From assembly GCA_951406725.2 (NCBI GenBank), contig OX597816.1, positions 117,614,001 to 117,678,000 on the forward strand: a stretch of DNA of 64,000 nucleotides. Reading direction: 5' to 3'. The stretch's first letter is position 1. Every line of letters starts with the position of its first letter. Source of the DNA: Octopus vulgaris. Lineage: Eukaryota. A program made the translations under genes and the position numbers. Of this stretch, positions 11,961-23,572 are shown piece after piece. A model generated the notes under the pieces. That model made no database searches, was not told where the DNA came from, and worked only from the letters and a program-made list of their open reading frames with translations.

Positions 11961-12587
11961 CTAGATGGTTATCTCTGCTAGTACACACACACACACACAC
12001 ATATGCATATACCTACCTACCTGCCTGCCTACCTACCTGCCTGCCTACCGACCTACCTGCCTACCAACATACATACACACACACACGCACGTTTATATTA
12101 TGACGTCCAGACCAACTGTGCAAGTGTTTATATGGCTTATAATGGAAAAAATTCCTTGCCAAGTCTTTTAAAGATATTCACTTGAAGATTAACATGCGTT
12201 TTCTTTTTCTTTTATTTCATTCTTTAGATAAGAGCCTTTTAACAAGCCCCTCTGGTCCAGTTGCTTAGTAGGTTTATAGATGAAAATTTCGTGTATGGTA
12301 ACTGTTGCCAGAATTTCTCGTAGGTCTGTCATTGAAATGTAACCAGGTCTTAAACTTGACTGGGAATAACTGTTTTAAAAGACTTAGCATCACCTACTCT
12401 CCTTCTCTTATTAAATTCATCTCAGATATTTGCTGTCAGTCGTCTCTAAGTCAGTTTTATGATTGTAAGAAATCAAATATGCAGTACTGATTACTGCAAA
12501 TTTTGAAGTTAAGCGAAATCTTTAATTCTGGGGGTAAATTTTACTCTTAGTGTAATGAATACTGTTTGCAATATATGTGATGAGTAA

Positions 12588-12802
12588 GGCAGCGAGCAGG
12601 TAGAATCGTTAGCACGCCGGCCAAAATGCTTAGTGGGATTTTATCCGTCTTTATATTCTGAGTTCAAATTCCGCTGAGATCGACTTTGCCTTTCATCCTT
12701 TCGGGGTCGAGAAAATAAGTACCAGTTGAGTACTGGAGGCGATGTACTTGACTTAACTCCTCTCTCAAAATTGGTGGCCGTGTGCCTAAGTTTGAAACCA
12801 AT
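12588..12802 (+). mobile_element. SINE family A
   Basis: Colinear with 5488-5703. Confidence 0.85.
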
Positions 12803-14878
12803 ATGTGCTTTGAGTTATAGGGAAACCCTTCAATATTTAAAACATTAAATTTAATGTTGTTTTCATAAGTTCAGTTGTATATGAAATCGAGGTCCTGCTA
12901 CAGATCCTTTTGCTGTTGGAGGTCTTTGGAGGCCTTCGAGATTTCATTTACATTATCACTAATGGTGAAAAAGTTTATTTTGAGACCCGGAGATATGTTT
13001 GTGAGGAAACGTCAACAAGAAATTTTATTCGTTCCATTTTGTTTCTTTTAAAGACACTCCAAGTAAGTTGCAGAACTTTTGGTTTAAGAATGGTACTGTT
13101 TCTTATTTCAGCAGGCTAACTTTTAAAGTAATACTGAAATTGACAACGTGTGCGTCTTCATTTGATGAGTGAATCAACAAGGGTGACATGTGGGATAGAG
13201 CGACCTGCTAGAAATAACACCCAAACTTTCCTCTATTTACATACTGTTACTTTCATTTATGAACTGCAGTCATGTTGGGGCAAAGGCTTTAAAGGTTTTT
13301 AGCTGATAATATATGATTCAAAATATGCTTCATGATTTCAACGAAGGAATCTCAAGCTACAGAAATCGTCTTTCAGTAAAGAATTCACGCCTGGAAAATA
13401 ACATCATAATATGGGTTAGTAACACTAATAAAACGAGGCAAGCGAAATGTTTGCGATTTATTTTTTTAATTAGTCAATGTATAAATCTAACTTAAAAACG
13501 AAAAACAAAGTAAAGGAAATCTTATTAATATTTAATAAATGTTCTACATTAAAAAAATATAGACAGGTTATTGTTTAGCTCCGGGTCATTCTTAATTGAT
13601 TAGACTTATATTTAAAGGCCTTCTAACCGTGAGCATCCGTCTTTTCCAGACATATATCTAGAATAATATGCTTCAAAGACAGTGTGATTTAAAGGGAATT
13701 TTGTTACTCTTTCTGGCAACTAGAGTGGCTGCATTGTGTGCCCTCTTTTACTTTTTGAACTTAGTTAATAAGATCCCATTTAATAAACAATAAAGTTATA
13801 AGGCAGTCAGCATTAAAAAAAAGACAGAACTACACCAGAGAACTAGGAAATGTTTTCTAAATCTGCTTAAATAATAAAGAAATAATCACAGTAAAGTTTT
13901 CTTGATTCTATTTCGCATAATTTCCCGTTGCATTATCGAGTGTAGGTGGTTCAATATCTATAGTGTGAGTATCTAGTTCCATAAAAATACGTATGCACTC
14001 TAACATATCTAAATATATGTATGTACTGTAACGTATGTTTAAATATATGTATGTACTGTAACGTATATGTAAGTATATGTATGTATATTATATGTGCATG
14101 AGAAAATATGCATGTGTATCTATGTGTATCAACACGCATGAACATACACACATAAGAAAGCAAAATTATCTGTACTATTCAACAAAAAGTTTCAAGGGTC
14201 TTTTTGCATGACGATTGTAAAGTGTATTAAATTACAATTGACACCCTCAGCTAAGAAAAAAAAAAAAAAATCAATAAAATTAATTTTTAACTTTTCAGCC
14301 GTGGCATGTTTTCTAATATTACTAGATCTCACAATTCTTCCAGTCACGTGAGTATATTTGCTCAAACTGTACGCGCAACACTGTTGGTAATTTGTAAAAC
14401 ATCATTCACCAGCAAAATGCTACGTGAGCGTCTTCAAGTCTCCATTAATGGCAACTATAGAAATGATATCTTAATGTTGCTATTGCTGTTGTTAGCAGTA
14501 TAATTTAAGAAGCCATGTTTTGTCAGAAGCGACTGAAAAATCACTATCATTCTGTATTGTATAAAAATCATCATTACTTTCGTAATCGAAAATTTGGCGA
14601 CATTTTCAGGGTTTGAAATTTTTCTGTGAATTACGAAAAGTAAACAATTAGTCAAATTAAAGGGTAATTGTTGTGGCTACTATTGATGATTTTTGAATAG
14701 ACAAGATGCTTTGCATATTCTGTACGAAAGTAATATACTATCGTATTGTACCTAATTTTCTGAAATGCATTAGCAGAATATATGGTTAGATAGCTGTAAC
14801 TAGGGAGCGAAGCACGTTGTAGCATCTTCTTCCCAAAGAAGTTACTTCTATAGCACAACGCTTACTGCACTGTTTTAT

Positions 14879-14885
<7 letters not shown>

Positions 14886-14969
<84 letters not shown>
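14886..14969. repeat. (CA)n microsatellite
   Basis: Direct reading. Confidence 0.95.
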
Positions 14970-14972
<3 letters not shown>

Positions 14973-17509
14973 TTTGGCAAGATTCAAGACAAATCTTCGC
15001 AGTAAAAGTGCACGAAATGCCAGAATGAGTTGCAGTACAAATAATATGCTGCGAACCAGCGGCACTGTTACTCGATCATCTAGTAATAGAAGCCAACCAT
15101 CCATCAAGCCATATTCTGCGATAGTGTTCGATATATCTAAAGCAAAACAGTCAAGAACAAAGCTGGAATACCTTTGATCATTGGATGGCTGGATCAATGT
15201 CAACAGGCGACAACAAAGTAACAACCACAAAAAACACCTTCACCATCGCCACCAATTTCAGCAACAGAGGAAACTATACGTGCTGTTATTTACTGAACGC
15301 TGTATATATTAGCAATATAACTGAAGGGAAATAGATGTAACTGGGAATTGAAATCAAGATCCTGTTCTTCCACAAGTCACAACCTTCACTTCAATTTCTT
15401 ACACATTTAGTTACATTGAAAGCAATAAGACAACTCGCTCTTATTCCTTCCTCACTGAGACGAAGAGCAATGCCCCAAAGCCTTATATTCTTTCTGGCAT
15501 TTGAACTTATCAAACTCTTTGTATCAACACTCCTATGGGTTAATTGTTGTTGATGCAGACCATCATCAGTTTCCTTGGCTTTCCGATTTTGCCCTATCCG
15601 TAACTCGTAAGATTCATTTAATAAAAATACTAGAGCCAACTTATATTCATTCTTCTCTGACAATGGTGTTGCCCGAGAGATACTCATTGAACTTTCAATG
15701 TATTTATGCGATTTGTGTGTTTAGTTCCGAGTGAACCCTCAATGAGTAGCCTTATTATCTGGTTTTGCTTCCTGTTACAACCATTTCACCTCATCTGTGT
15801 CACTAATGCTCTTGAAATAAATCTTCAGAAAATTACAAGTACTCCATTTTGCTTGCCTCCATAAATATTAGATTTTGTGTTTATAAGAATATAATTTTCA
15901 GAGAAGAATTAATCAAGTTAGTTTCCTATAAGCTTCTACAGAAACAATTTCAAGATTCGAACTCAGAACTTCAAACCAAATTTCCTCACTTAAATTATGT
16001 AATAACAGGGGGTTCTTGCAACGGAGTATTTTTAAAATTTAATCTGTTGTAATTTCAATCGAATTGGGCCACAGAAAGGGTTAACCAAGTTTCTTATTTC
16101 GACGTGAGAGTTAAATATATTTAGAGTTATCAATGTTTAGAATTATCAATATTTAGAGACATCAATGACTCAGTCTAGGATCCTTGAAATGTTGCCAACT
16201 TTCTTTTAGTTTAGATGTAAGAAACTGTCATTTTGCTAACACTCACATTATTGACTACCACCGCCGCTCTGTCATCGCCTAAACCACTAGCGTCACCACC
16301 ACCACCACCACCACCACCACCACTGTGATGATTCAGAGCAGAAATGTACTCTGCCGGCCCAACCACCATCACCCGCCAATATACTCTTACCGACACGATA
16401 TCGCTGATGTAACCTCTACTCTAACTCTATCATCACCATTGTGAAGTATTAGAAATCTTTGAAAATATTCTTCTAAAGGTTTTATTCTCGCATATATCTG
16501 TGTTTAAATATGCGCTTGAATCTGTGGTTCTGTGACTGAGAGCGTGTGGTAGAAGTAGATAGTGTCCTGTACACTACCATCTTCCTTGCTACATTCTTTG
16601 TCACTTCTTCTGGTGGGGTCAGCTTTAAGTTGGCCCCCCTTCCTTTTGTAACAATTTGCACCCTTTTTTTCCAGTCCTTTGTGTCTATTTTTATCTCCTG
16701 AACTTCAAAGGTGATGGTCGCAAATGCATAACTTGCGACACGTTCCATTTCTCCTCCTTTTCCCAATTCACCCATAATGGGGGAAGAAATAATTTTCAAA
16801 AACAGGCACACACAACGACAGAAATTCAACAATTTAACAATTCAACAATTTAAAAATTTAACTGATACAGGTTCACTCGCGCGGGGAAACCTACAACAAT
16901 ATATAATAACAGTGTGTAACAATTTAACTCACGTTCAAAAGAAATCAACACGAACACCCAAGATGGCTTGCTTCTGACTAGTGTTTGAAGCTTTCTCTAT
17001 TTTTATAGGGGGTTCATGGCTCAAATTAGCATATATTTTGAATAGGATTTGACTTGTAGAGGATAGTCACATGCCTGGCCTTAGAAATTTTTGTAGGTTC
17101 CCCGTTACGCCCGTGTGTTAGTATCAAGTGACAATGTTTGGCGTCGTAATTTAAGGATGACACGGTTGACTGAACATGCCCAAACAATCAATGCTCTGTT
17201 TTCTGTCAAGTGTTTATAGAGAATGAATACATGATTAGGTTTATAACCTTTTGTATGTTTCCCGCTACGTCCGCGTGCTAGTGTCACATGACAGTATATT
17301 TTGCGCCTAAAAAGAAGGCCGACACGGTTGAGTGATCATGTTTATTTATAATCAAGGCACTACAAGTTTAATCTGTCTGGTGGGACAGTGGACAGGAGTC
17401 GTTTGCATGTAGTCCAGTGGCTAACATTTCGGTTGTTAGCTGTGTAGGTTCCTCATGTTAAGTGGCAGAATGAGTTCGTGTGTGAATAGTTATTTGTGTA
17501 TGTACTCTT

Positions 17510-18748
17510 TTAAAGCTTGTTAAATCTTGGTTTGTACTTTTGTATGAAAGTATTTTCTTTGTTTATCCGTGCTTCATCTGTGGTATTCGCTTAACCTAGG
17601 TAGAGTGGGAATACTTGGAATTTAGGGGACTTATCATTTTCACATGTATTTGTGTCCACTCAGTGGAATCTGTCTAGTACTGGGGTCTCGTATTTGTTGT
17701 CGGTGAAGTGTCAGTCTCATTCTTAGATTGAGTTTTGTTTGACATATGTAATTTTCATTACATCCTTAACATTTTATAGCGTATATTAAGTTCCTTGAAG
17801 AACATGTAAGGTGATTTTTACAGTAAAAATATGTCCTGATTTGAATTTTTTTGATGTGTCTTCAATAAGATTGATGAACGTCCCGCAATTTGGTCTGCCA
17901 CACTTTTTGGTTGTTGGTGTAGGAATTGTGGAATGTAATTTAGCACTTGTGAGGAATTTTTTGAGGGATTTTGATTGTCTTTTACTTTTGATTATTTTGT
18001 ATATTTCGAATGCTTGTTTCATTCTTGGGTCTTGTTTTAGTAATGGGATGTTCTGGTGGATAATATTGTAAACCTTTGTGTTCCTTGGTTTGTGTGTTGC
18101 AATAAAGGGTAGAGTATTGGATGTATCTGGAGCGTTTCCGTAGGTCTTGGCTATTTATTGCTTTGGCACGTTCTATTCCGTTGTCTATTAACACTAATGG
18201 ATATTGTCTTTTAAGTAGCACTTGTTTTAGTTTCTAGAGTCTTTTATTGTGAGTTTTAGGGTTTTAGAAAATCGGGCAGCTTCTTCTTGTTAGATTAAAG
18301 GGAATATTATTTTTTGTGTGTTTGGGACGACATGAGAAGTACAGTAAGTATTGTTTAGAATCTGTTTGTTTGTAGTGAATATCTGTTCCAATGTTTTTAT
18401 CTCTTTTGATGATTAGTAAATCCAGGAATGGTAGTTGAGTTTTAGTATATTCCATGTTATAGTTAATATCATTGTTTATGCTGTTGATTAGATTTTTGAA
18501 ATCTATAAATTATTCAAATGTGTGCGTCCATAGGATTTGGAAGTCATCTAAGTAACGTTTCCAGTTTTTTAGTTGATATTTGTGGAAGTTCAAGCCATAT
18601 TTTAATTTAGATTGTTCATATATCTGGACCTCCATGTATGCCATGACTGGATTTGCGTAAGTTGGAGAAACTTTTGTCACCATCGCAGTACCAGATATTT
18701 GTTTGTTAATCGAAGTCAAAAAAGTTGCTTTCGAGGATAAAAGCCACG
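17510..18748 (-). pseudogene. Penelope-like retroelement ORF relic: RT, Cys linker and GIY-YIG endonuclease; 5'-truncated and frameshifted
   Basis: KQISGTAMVTKVSPTYAN, WKRYLDD, LPFLDLLI..TDIHYKQTDSKQYL..SC.PKHTKNNIPFNL, KKCGRPNCGT, YAIKC*GCNENYI.QT..LRMRLTLHRQQI, and C-terminal KENTFIQKYKPRFNKL*. Confidence 0.92.
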
Positions 18749-18762
18749 TTTTTCTATCTCAA

Positions 18763-18801
18763 CTTTTTGAAAATCAGTGTAAACTGTGAAGCCAGTTAAA
18801 G
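18763..18801 (+). ncRNA. Degenerate minimal hammerhead (U3-A8 type) in an inverted pLTR fragment
   Basis: CUUU-UUGAAAA-uCAGU(guaa)ACUGu-GAAg-CCaG-UU/AAAG. The sister copy at 20271-20363 (minus) reads ...aaaaccggttaaag, so the consensus of the two is GAAACCGGUU. Confidence 0.5.
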
Positions 18802-18864
18802 CTTTAAATCTATTAATAAAAAAATATTTTAACTATCCTCAGTGCAATTTCAACTTCAATTTTC

Positions 18865-18941
<77 letters not shown>

Positions 18942-19026
18942 AGGTGGAAAGGAACACACGAGTTGATATATATGAAAAAACAAGTCAAAAATAGAAAATG
19001 CTAAGATAATTTTATAGTGAATCTTT

Positions 19027-19064
19027 CAGTACCGGTTTCGGTCATTTTGAGACCTTTTCAACTG
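19027..19064 (-). ncRNA. Minimal type I hammerhead ribozyme, U3-A8 variant (left arm)
   Basis: Exact reverse complement of 20113-20150. Confidence 0.75.
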
Positions 19065-20112
19065 TAACGATTAAATAATTAAATTTAGAAAAATTAGAAG
19101 AAAAGTTTTTTTAAAGGAATATTTCTATAGTAGTGTTCAGATATGAGTGGCATTCTGCCTTTCTCTGACTCCCTTGTTTGCACTTGTGTGTTCGGGGTCG
19201 TTGTGAGTTCTTGGTAGGGTAGGAGAAGAAGAAGGAGGCTGATGTGGAGAGGGGGTGGGGGTGGGAAAATCTGGGGGAGCCCTGTTGGTCGTATTTTGAA
19301 TGGTCAGTGGCGACCAGTAGTCGCAGTTCAATTCAGGAATTGTTTATGGAATTTGCGTAGGCGTTATACTTAAAGACATCAGTGACAAGGTTAAGGGGTA
19401 GAGGGTGGAGAAGTAGAAGAAGAAGATGACGATGTTGATGATGATGATGATGAAGAAGAAGAAGAAGAAGGAGAAGGAGAAGATGATGATGATGATGGTG
19501 GTGATGATGATGACGACGATGATGATGATAATGATGATGGTGAAGAAGAAGAGGAAGAAGAAGAAAAAAACATATTCTCCCTTCTCTGTTTTTTTCTTCT
19601 TCTTCCTCTTCTTCTTCACCATCATCATTATCATCATCATCGTCGTCATCATCATCACCACCATCATCATCATCATCTTCTCCTTCTCCTTCTTCTTCTT
19701 CTTCTTCTTCTTCTTCTTCTTCTTCATCATCATCATCATCAACATCGTCATCTTCTTCTTCTACTTCTCCACCCTCTACCCCTTAACCTTGTCACTGATG
19801 TCTTTAAGTATAACGCCTACGCAAATTCCATAAACAATTCCTGAATTGAACTGCGACTACTGGTCGCCACTGACCATTCAAAATACGACCAACAGGGCTC
19901 CCCCAGATTTTCCCACCCCCACCCCCTCTCCACATCAGCCTCCTTCTTCTTCTCCTACCCTACCAAGAACTCACAACGACCCCGAACACACAAGTGCAAA
20001 CAAAGGAGTCAGAGAAAGGCAGAATGCCACTCATATCTGAACACTACTATAGAAATATTCCTTTAAAAAAACTTTTCTTCTAATTTTTCTAAATTTAATT
20101 ATTTAATCGTTA

Positions 20113-20150
20113 CAGTTGAAAAGGTCTCAAAATGACCGAAACCGGTACTG
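20113..20150 (+). ncRNA. Minimal type I hammerhead ribozyme, U3-A8 variant (right arm)
   Basis: CAG-UUGAAAA-GGUC(ucaaaau)GACC-GAAA-CCGG-UA/CUG: helix I CAG/CUG, helix II GGUC/GACC, palindromic helix III ACCGGU, GUA cleavage site. Confidence 0.75.
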
Positions 20151-20203
20151 AAAGATTCACTATAAAATTATCTTAGCATTTTCTATTTTTGACTTGTTTT
20201 TTC

Positions 20204-20273
<70 letters not shown>

Positions 20274-20358
20274 AAAATAGAAGTTGAAATTGCACTGAGG
20301 ACAGTTAAAATATTTTTTATCAATATATTTAAAGCTTTAACCGGTTTTACAATTTAAA

Positions 20359-20424
<66 letters not shown>

Positions 20425-21439
20425 AATGCAACTACCAATACAATGGTAGGCAGCGTATAGGTGTATACATGTATTCGCGTGCACACGCACACACATACAC
20501 ACACAATGACATAAGGGTAACTCTTAAAAATATATGTGCTTCTTCTAACAAAGTGAATAATTTTAACAGATTGATGATCTTGCATACACAAGACTTCTCT
20601 TCAACAATACGCCCAAATCACGTAAGAAAACAAAACTCCAACGCATTTAATTTAACAAAGAAATGAAGGATTTAGCCCCTGTCCCGATGATAGATGATAA
20701 AGTAGAATATTTGGCAGCACGTCAAAATTGTACCATGTTAAAGGAGCACAGTATTAAGTTCTTAGCAGATCCTAAATGCCAGGTTATTTAACCTGCTGAA
20801 AGAGACGTTTGTAAGACCATGATTAATACAGGAAGAAAAGATGGAAGGTAGAAGAAAGAAAAGAGAAAAAGAAGGCCGAAACGAATATATGTTAAGAGAA
20901 GCAGAGAAAAGGAGAGATTATGTATAAGTGTATAGAAAAAAAGGGGAAGCATTTGTGAATGTTTATGATGCAATATATGTATCTGGTTGCGTAACTACAC
21001 ATATGCATACGCATATGTGTATGTGTGTGTGTATAGAAAATGTCTTAAATTCTTTCGCTCTGTACAGCGTATCTACAGACGTTTATTGAAACCAGGTAGA
21101 CATTCGTATCAATATCACTTTAATAATTCTTTCTTCACGGTACATCGAAAATCACAGACGAACATACACGCATGGGAGAGGGAGGGAGAGAGAGAGAGAG
21201 AGAGAGAGAAAGAAAGGGGGAAAGAGAGCGACAGAAATAGATAGATAAATAGATGGAAAGAAAGGGAGAGAGAACCTGTGCACTGAAAGAATAATAGAAA
21301 ACTATATCGTTGATATTTCAAGAATTTCATTTCCCACCACCGATTCAGGAACTCTCACAGTCCTTCACCATTCTATTATTATTACTAATAGTTTCATTAT
21401 TGATGCACGTGATGTGTTTGCATATGCACACAACATCAT

Positions 21440-22889
21440 CGTTACAGAGCCGGGCCAGAAACATCACTGCTCAAAGGGAATACGTGGCAGTTTCAGGAGG
21501 AAATATTTACAAGAAGTCATTGGGCCTGCATTTCGGCACTTGGAGAAGCAGGTTCATGTCCAACAGCGTAGTAGGGAGTTGAGAGAAAGGATTTATTAAA
21601 TTGCTCGGCGTTTTATTTGTCTAAGTGGACCAGGACTAGCAGGGTATCCTGTTTCACTCAGAAATGAGCTGAAAAGAAACCATCCCTGAAGAGTCTGTCG
21701 GAAATTATAAATGCTTACAATGCGTCCATCATATCTTGCCCCACGTCATGGCCGGCCAGAAAGGAACGCTTGCTCTTTCACTTTGTGTGCGAGGGACGTA
21801 TTCAGCTGATTACACAATCTAATTGCTGGTAACAACCCGTGGTGCTTGATGCGTAGCCACGCGCTAAGGCAACACCACCAGCGTTTCCTTGACGGCTTGC
21901 AGGCATGCTTGCCGTTTGTCAAACGCACTTTTCCGTAGCTCATCTCTTTGACAGAGCTGAAGTCCTGGGAGAAGTAGAGACAGATTGGGCGGCTGACATG
22001 AAGAATGTCATCAAGCGCTCAGTCTTCTACCAGTTGAGCAATGCAGTTGGTGAAATTTCCATCATGACGTCCTATAGGCGAAGAAGTGTGATGTTCCTGA
22101 AGAAAATCTGAGCATCGACAAAAATCAACTGGCAGCTTCGATCCTAAGGACTTTATCTCCAAGGCTTATGTATAATTTCCAGAAACCCCTGGCCTAGTAG
22201 TGTTACAGAAGAGCATTGCCAGTTCGAGACAAACTCTGTAAGCACTGCAGTGCCAACAGTCTAGCATGTCCAAGATGTGCGCGGAGCGATGAAACTGTTC
22301 TGCACGCAGAATCTAGCGCCCGAAAATTGCTAACTTATTGGTTTATGTCAAACAGCTGCAGTCATATGTAGGATGGATCTGGCTATCAGCTAAGTCCATC
22401 ATGACAACTGCTTCACCGCCTTCCTTTGGCTGGGAAGGTCAGGCAACGTTTATCTTTCTGATGGGCACAGCAAAAGAAGTTGTGTCGCGGACGAAACTGA
22501 AAGGGCTAAAGACAGGCAGTTTCCTGTTCAAACAAGTCCTTATTAACTTTTCGGGTTTCACTTGAAAAGAAAACTAAGAGTGGAGAGAGCAGTGTTGCCT
22601 TCTAGCAATTTTGTTGAAAGATGGATGGCAGGGTAGATTATAGTCCGAGTGAACAGGCCTGCACAGAACATACACTTTCGATTAGGGAGGACCACATGGC
22701 GACGGTGATGGTGGTGGTGGTGGTGGGGAGCACTTACGTAAGCGGCCATGGTGAACATGCTTTTTGTTAGAAGTCTTTCCCTTATTGGGAAATTTTTGTT
22801 GCTAAAATGTTTTTCTTACCTCTTTGCCTTTATCGTAAATCCATGTACACACTTTAAATCCCTCTGCATTATCTTTGCTTTGTACCAAT
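21440..22889 (+). mobile_element. Tx1/L1-clade LINE relic (internally deleted ORF2 pieces and 3'UTR)
   Basis: C-terminal zf-RVT-like motif RRALPVRDKLCKHCSANSLACPRCARSDETVLHA near 22200-22310 and FHFVCEGRIQL upstream; many stops; GC-richer than flanks; boundaries approximate. Confidence 0.65.
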
Positions 22890-22966
22890 TTCTTCTTCTT
22901 CTTCTTCTTCTTCTTCTTCTTCTTCTTCTTCTTCTTCTTCTTCTTCTTCTTCTTCTTCTTCTTCTT

Positions 22967-22996
<30 letters not shown>
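22890..22996. repeat. (CTT)n microsatellite
   Basis: Direct reading. Confidence 0.95.
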
Positions 22997-22997
<1 letters not shown>

Positions 22998-22998
22998 A

Positions 22999-23196
22999 GG
23001 CGGTGAGCTGGCAGAATCGTTAGCACGCTGAATGAAATGATTAGCAGCATTTCACCCGTCGCTACGTTCTGAGCTCAAATTCCGCCGAGGTCGACTTTAC
23101 CTTTCATCCTTTCTGGGTCGATAAATTAAGTAGAGTCGATGTAATCGACTAGTCCCCTCCCACCAAATTTCAGGCCTTGTGCCTATAGAAGAAAGG

Positions 23197-23264
<68 letters not shown>

Positions 23265-23467
23265 CGTTAGCGCTCCAAGTAAAATGCTTAGCGGTATTTC
23301 ATCTGTCTTTGTGCTCTAAGTTCAAATTCTGCCGAGGTCAACTTTGCCTTTCATCCTTTCGAGGTCGATAAATTAACTACCAGTGAAACATATAAATGAA
23401 ACACTTGGGTCAATATAATCGACTATCCTCCTCCCCCAAATTTCAGGCTTTGTGTTTGAGTAAAAAA
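22999..23467 (+). mobile_element. Two SINE family A copies (22999-23197 and 5'-truncated 23264-23467), separated and followed by (ATT)n
   Basis: Colinear with other family A copies. Confidence 0.85.
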
Positions 23468-23548
<81 letters not shown>

Positions 23549-23572
23549 TATTATTAATATTATTATTATAAT

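Larger units (their letters stand above)
18968..20209. repeat. Near-perfect long palindrome (arms 18968-19572 and 19587-20209, 14-nt spacer), head-to-head PLE 3'UTR/pLTR
   Basis: The arms are reverse complements. Differences seen are an 18-bp (GAA)n length difference and one substitution (19173/20004). Identical ORF-track peptides on opposite strands (19137-19331 and 19846-20040) confirm the symmetry. Confidence 0.95.
18773..20363. repeat. Outer, diverged inverted repeat (18773-18866 / 20271-20363)
   Basis: Arms of about 94 bp with roughly 9 substitutions and 1 indel by eye; each ends in ttttcct next to (TA)n. Confidence 0.85.

Noticed and set aside
14970-15240. Possible BED zinc-finger relic (KCTKCQNELQY)
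   Set aside because: Only one short motif among stop codons, too little to call.
16777-16990. ctgatac...gaaac segment as a hammerhead, or an LTR end
   Set aside because: The core is not CUGANGA or UUGANAA, the helices do not close, and no partner LTR was seen.
19137-20040. Identical 64-aa ORFs on opposite strands, and the poly-K/M/I/F 135-aa ORFs
   Set aside because: By-products of the palindrome and trinucleotide repeats; non-ATG starts and no domain features.
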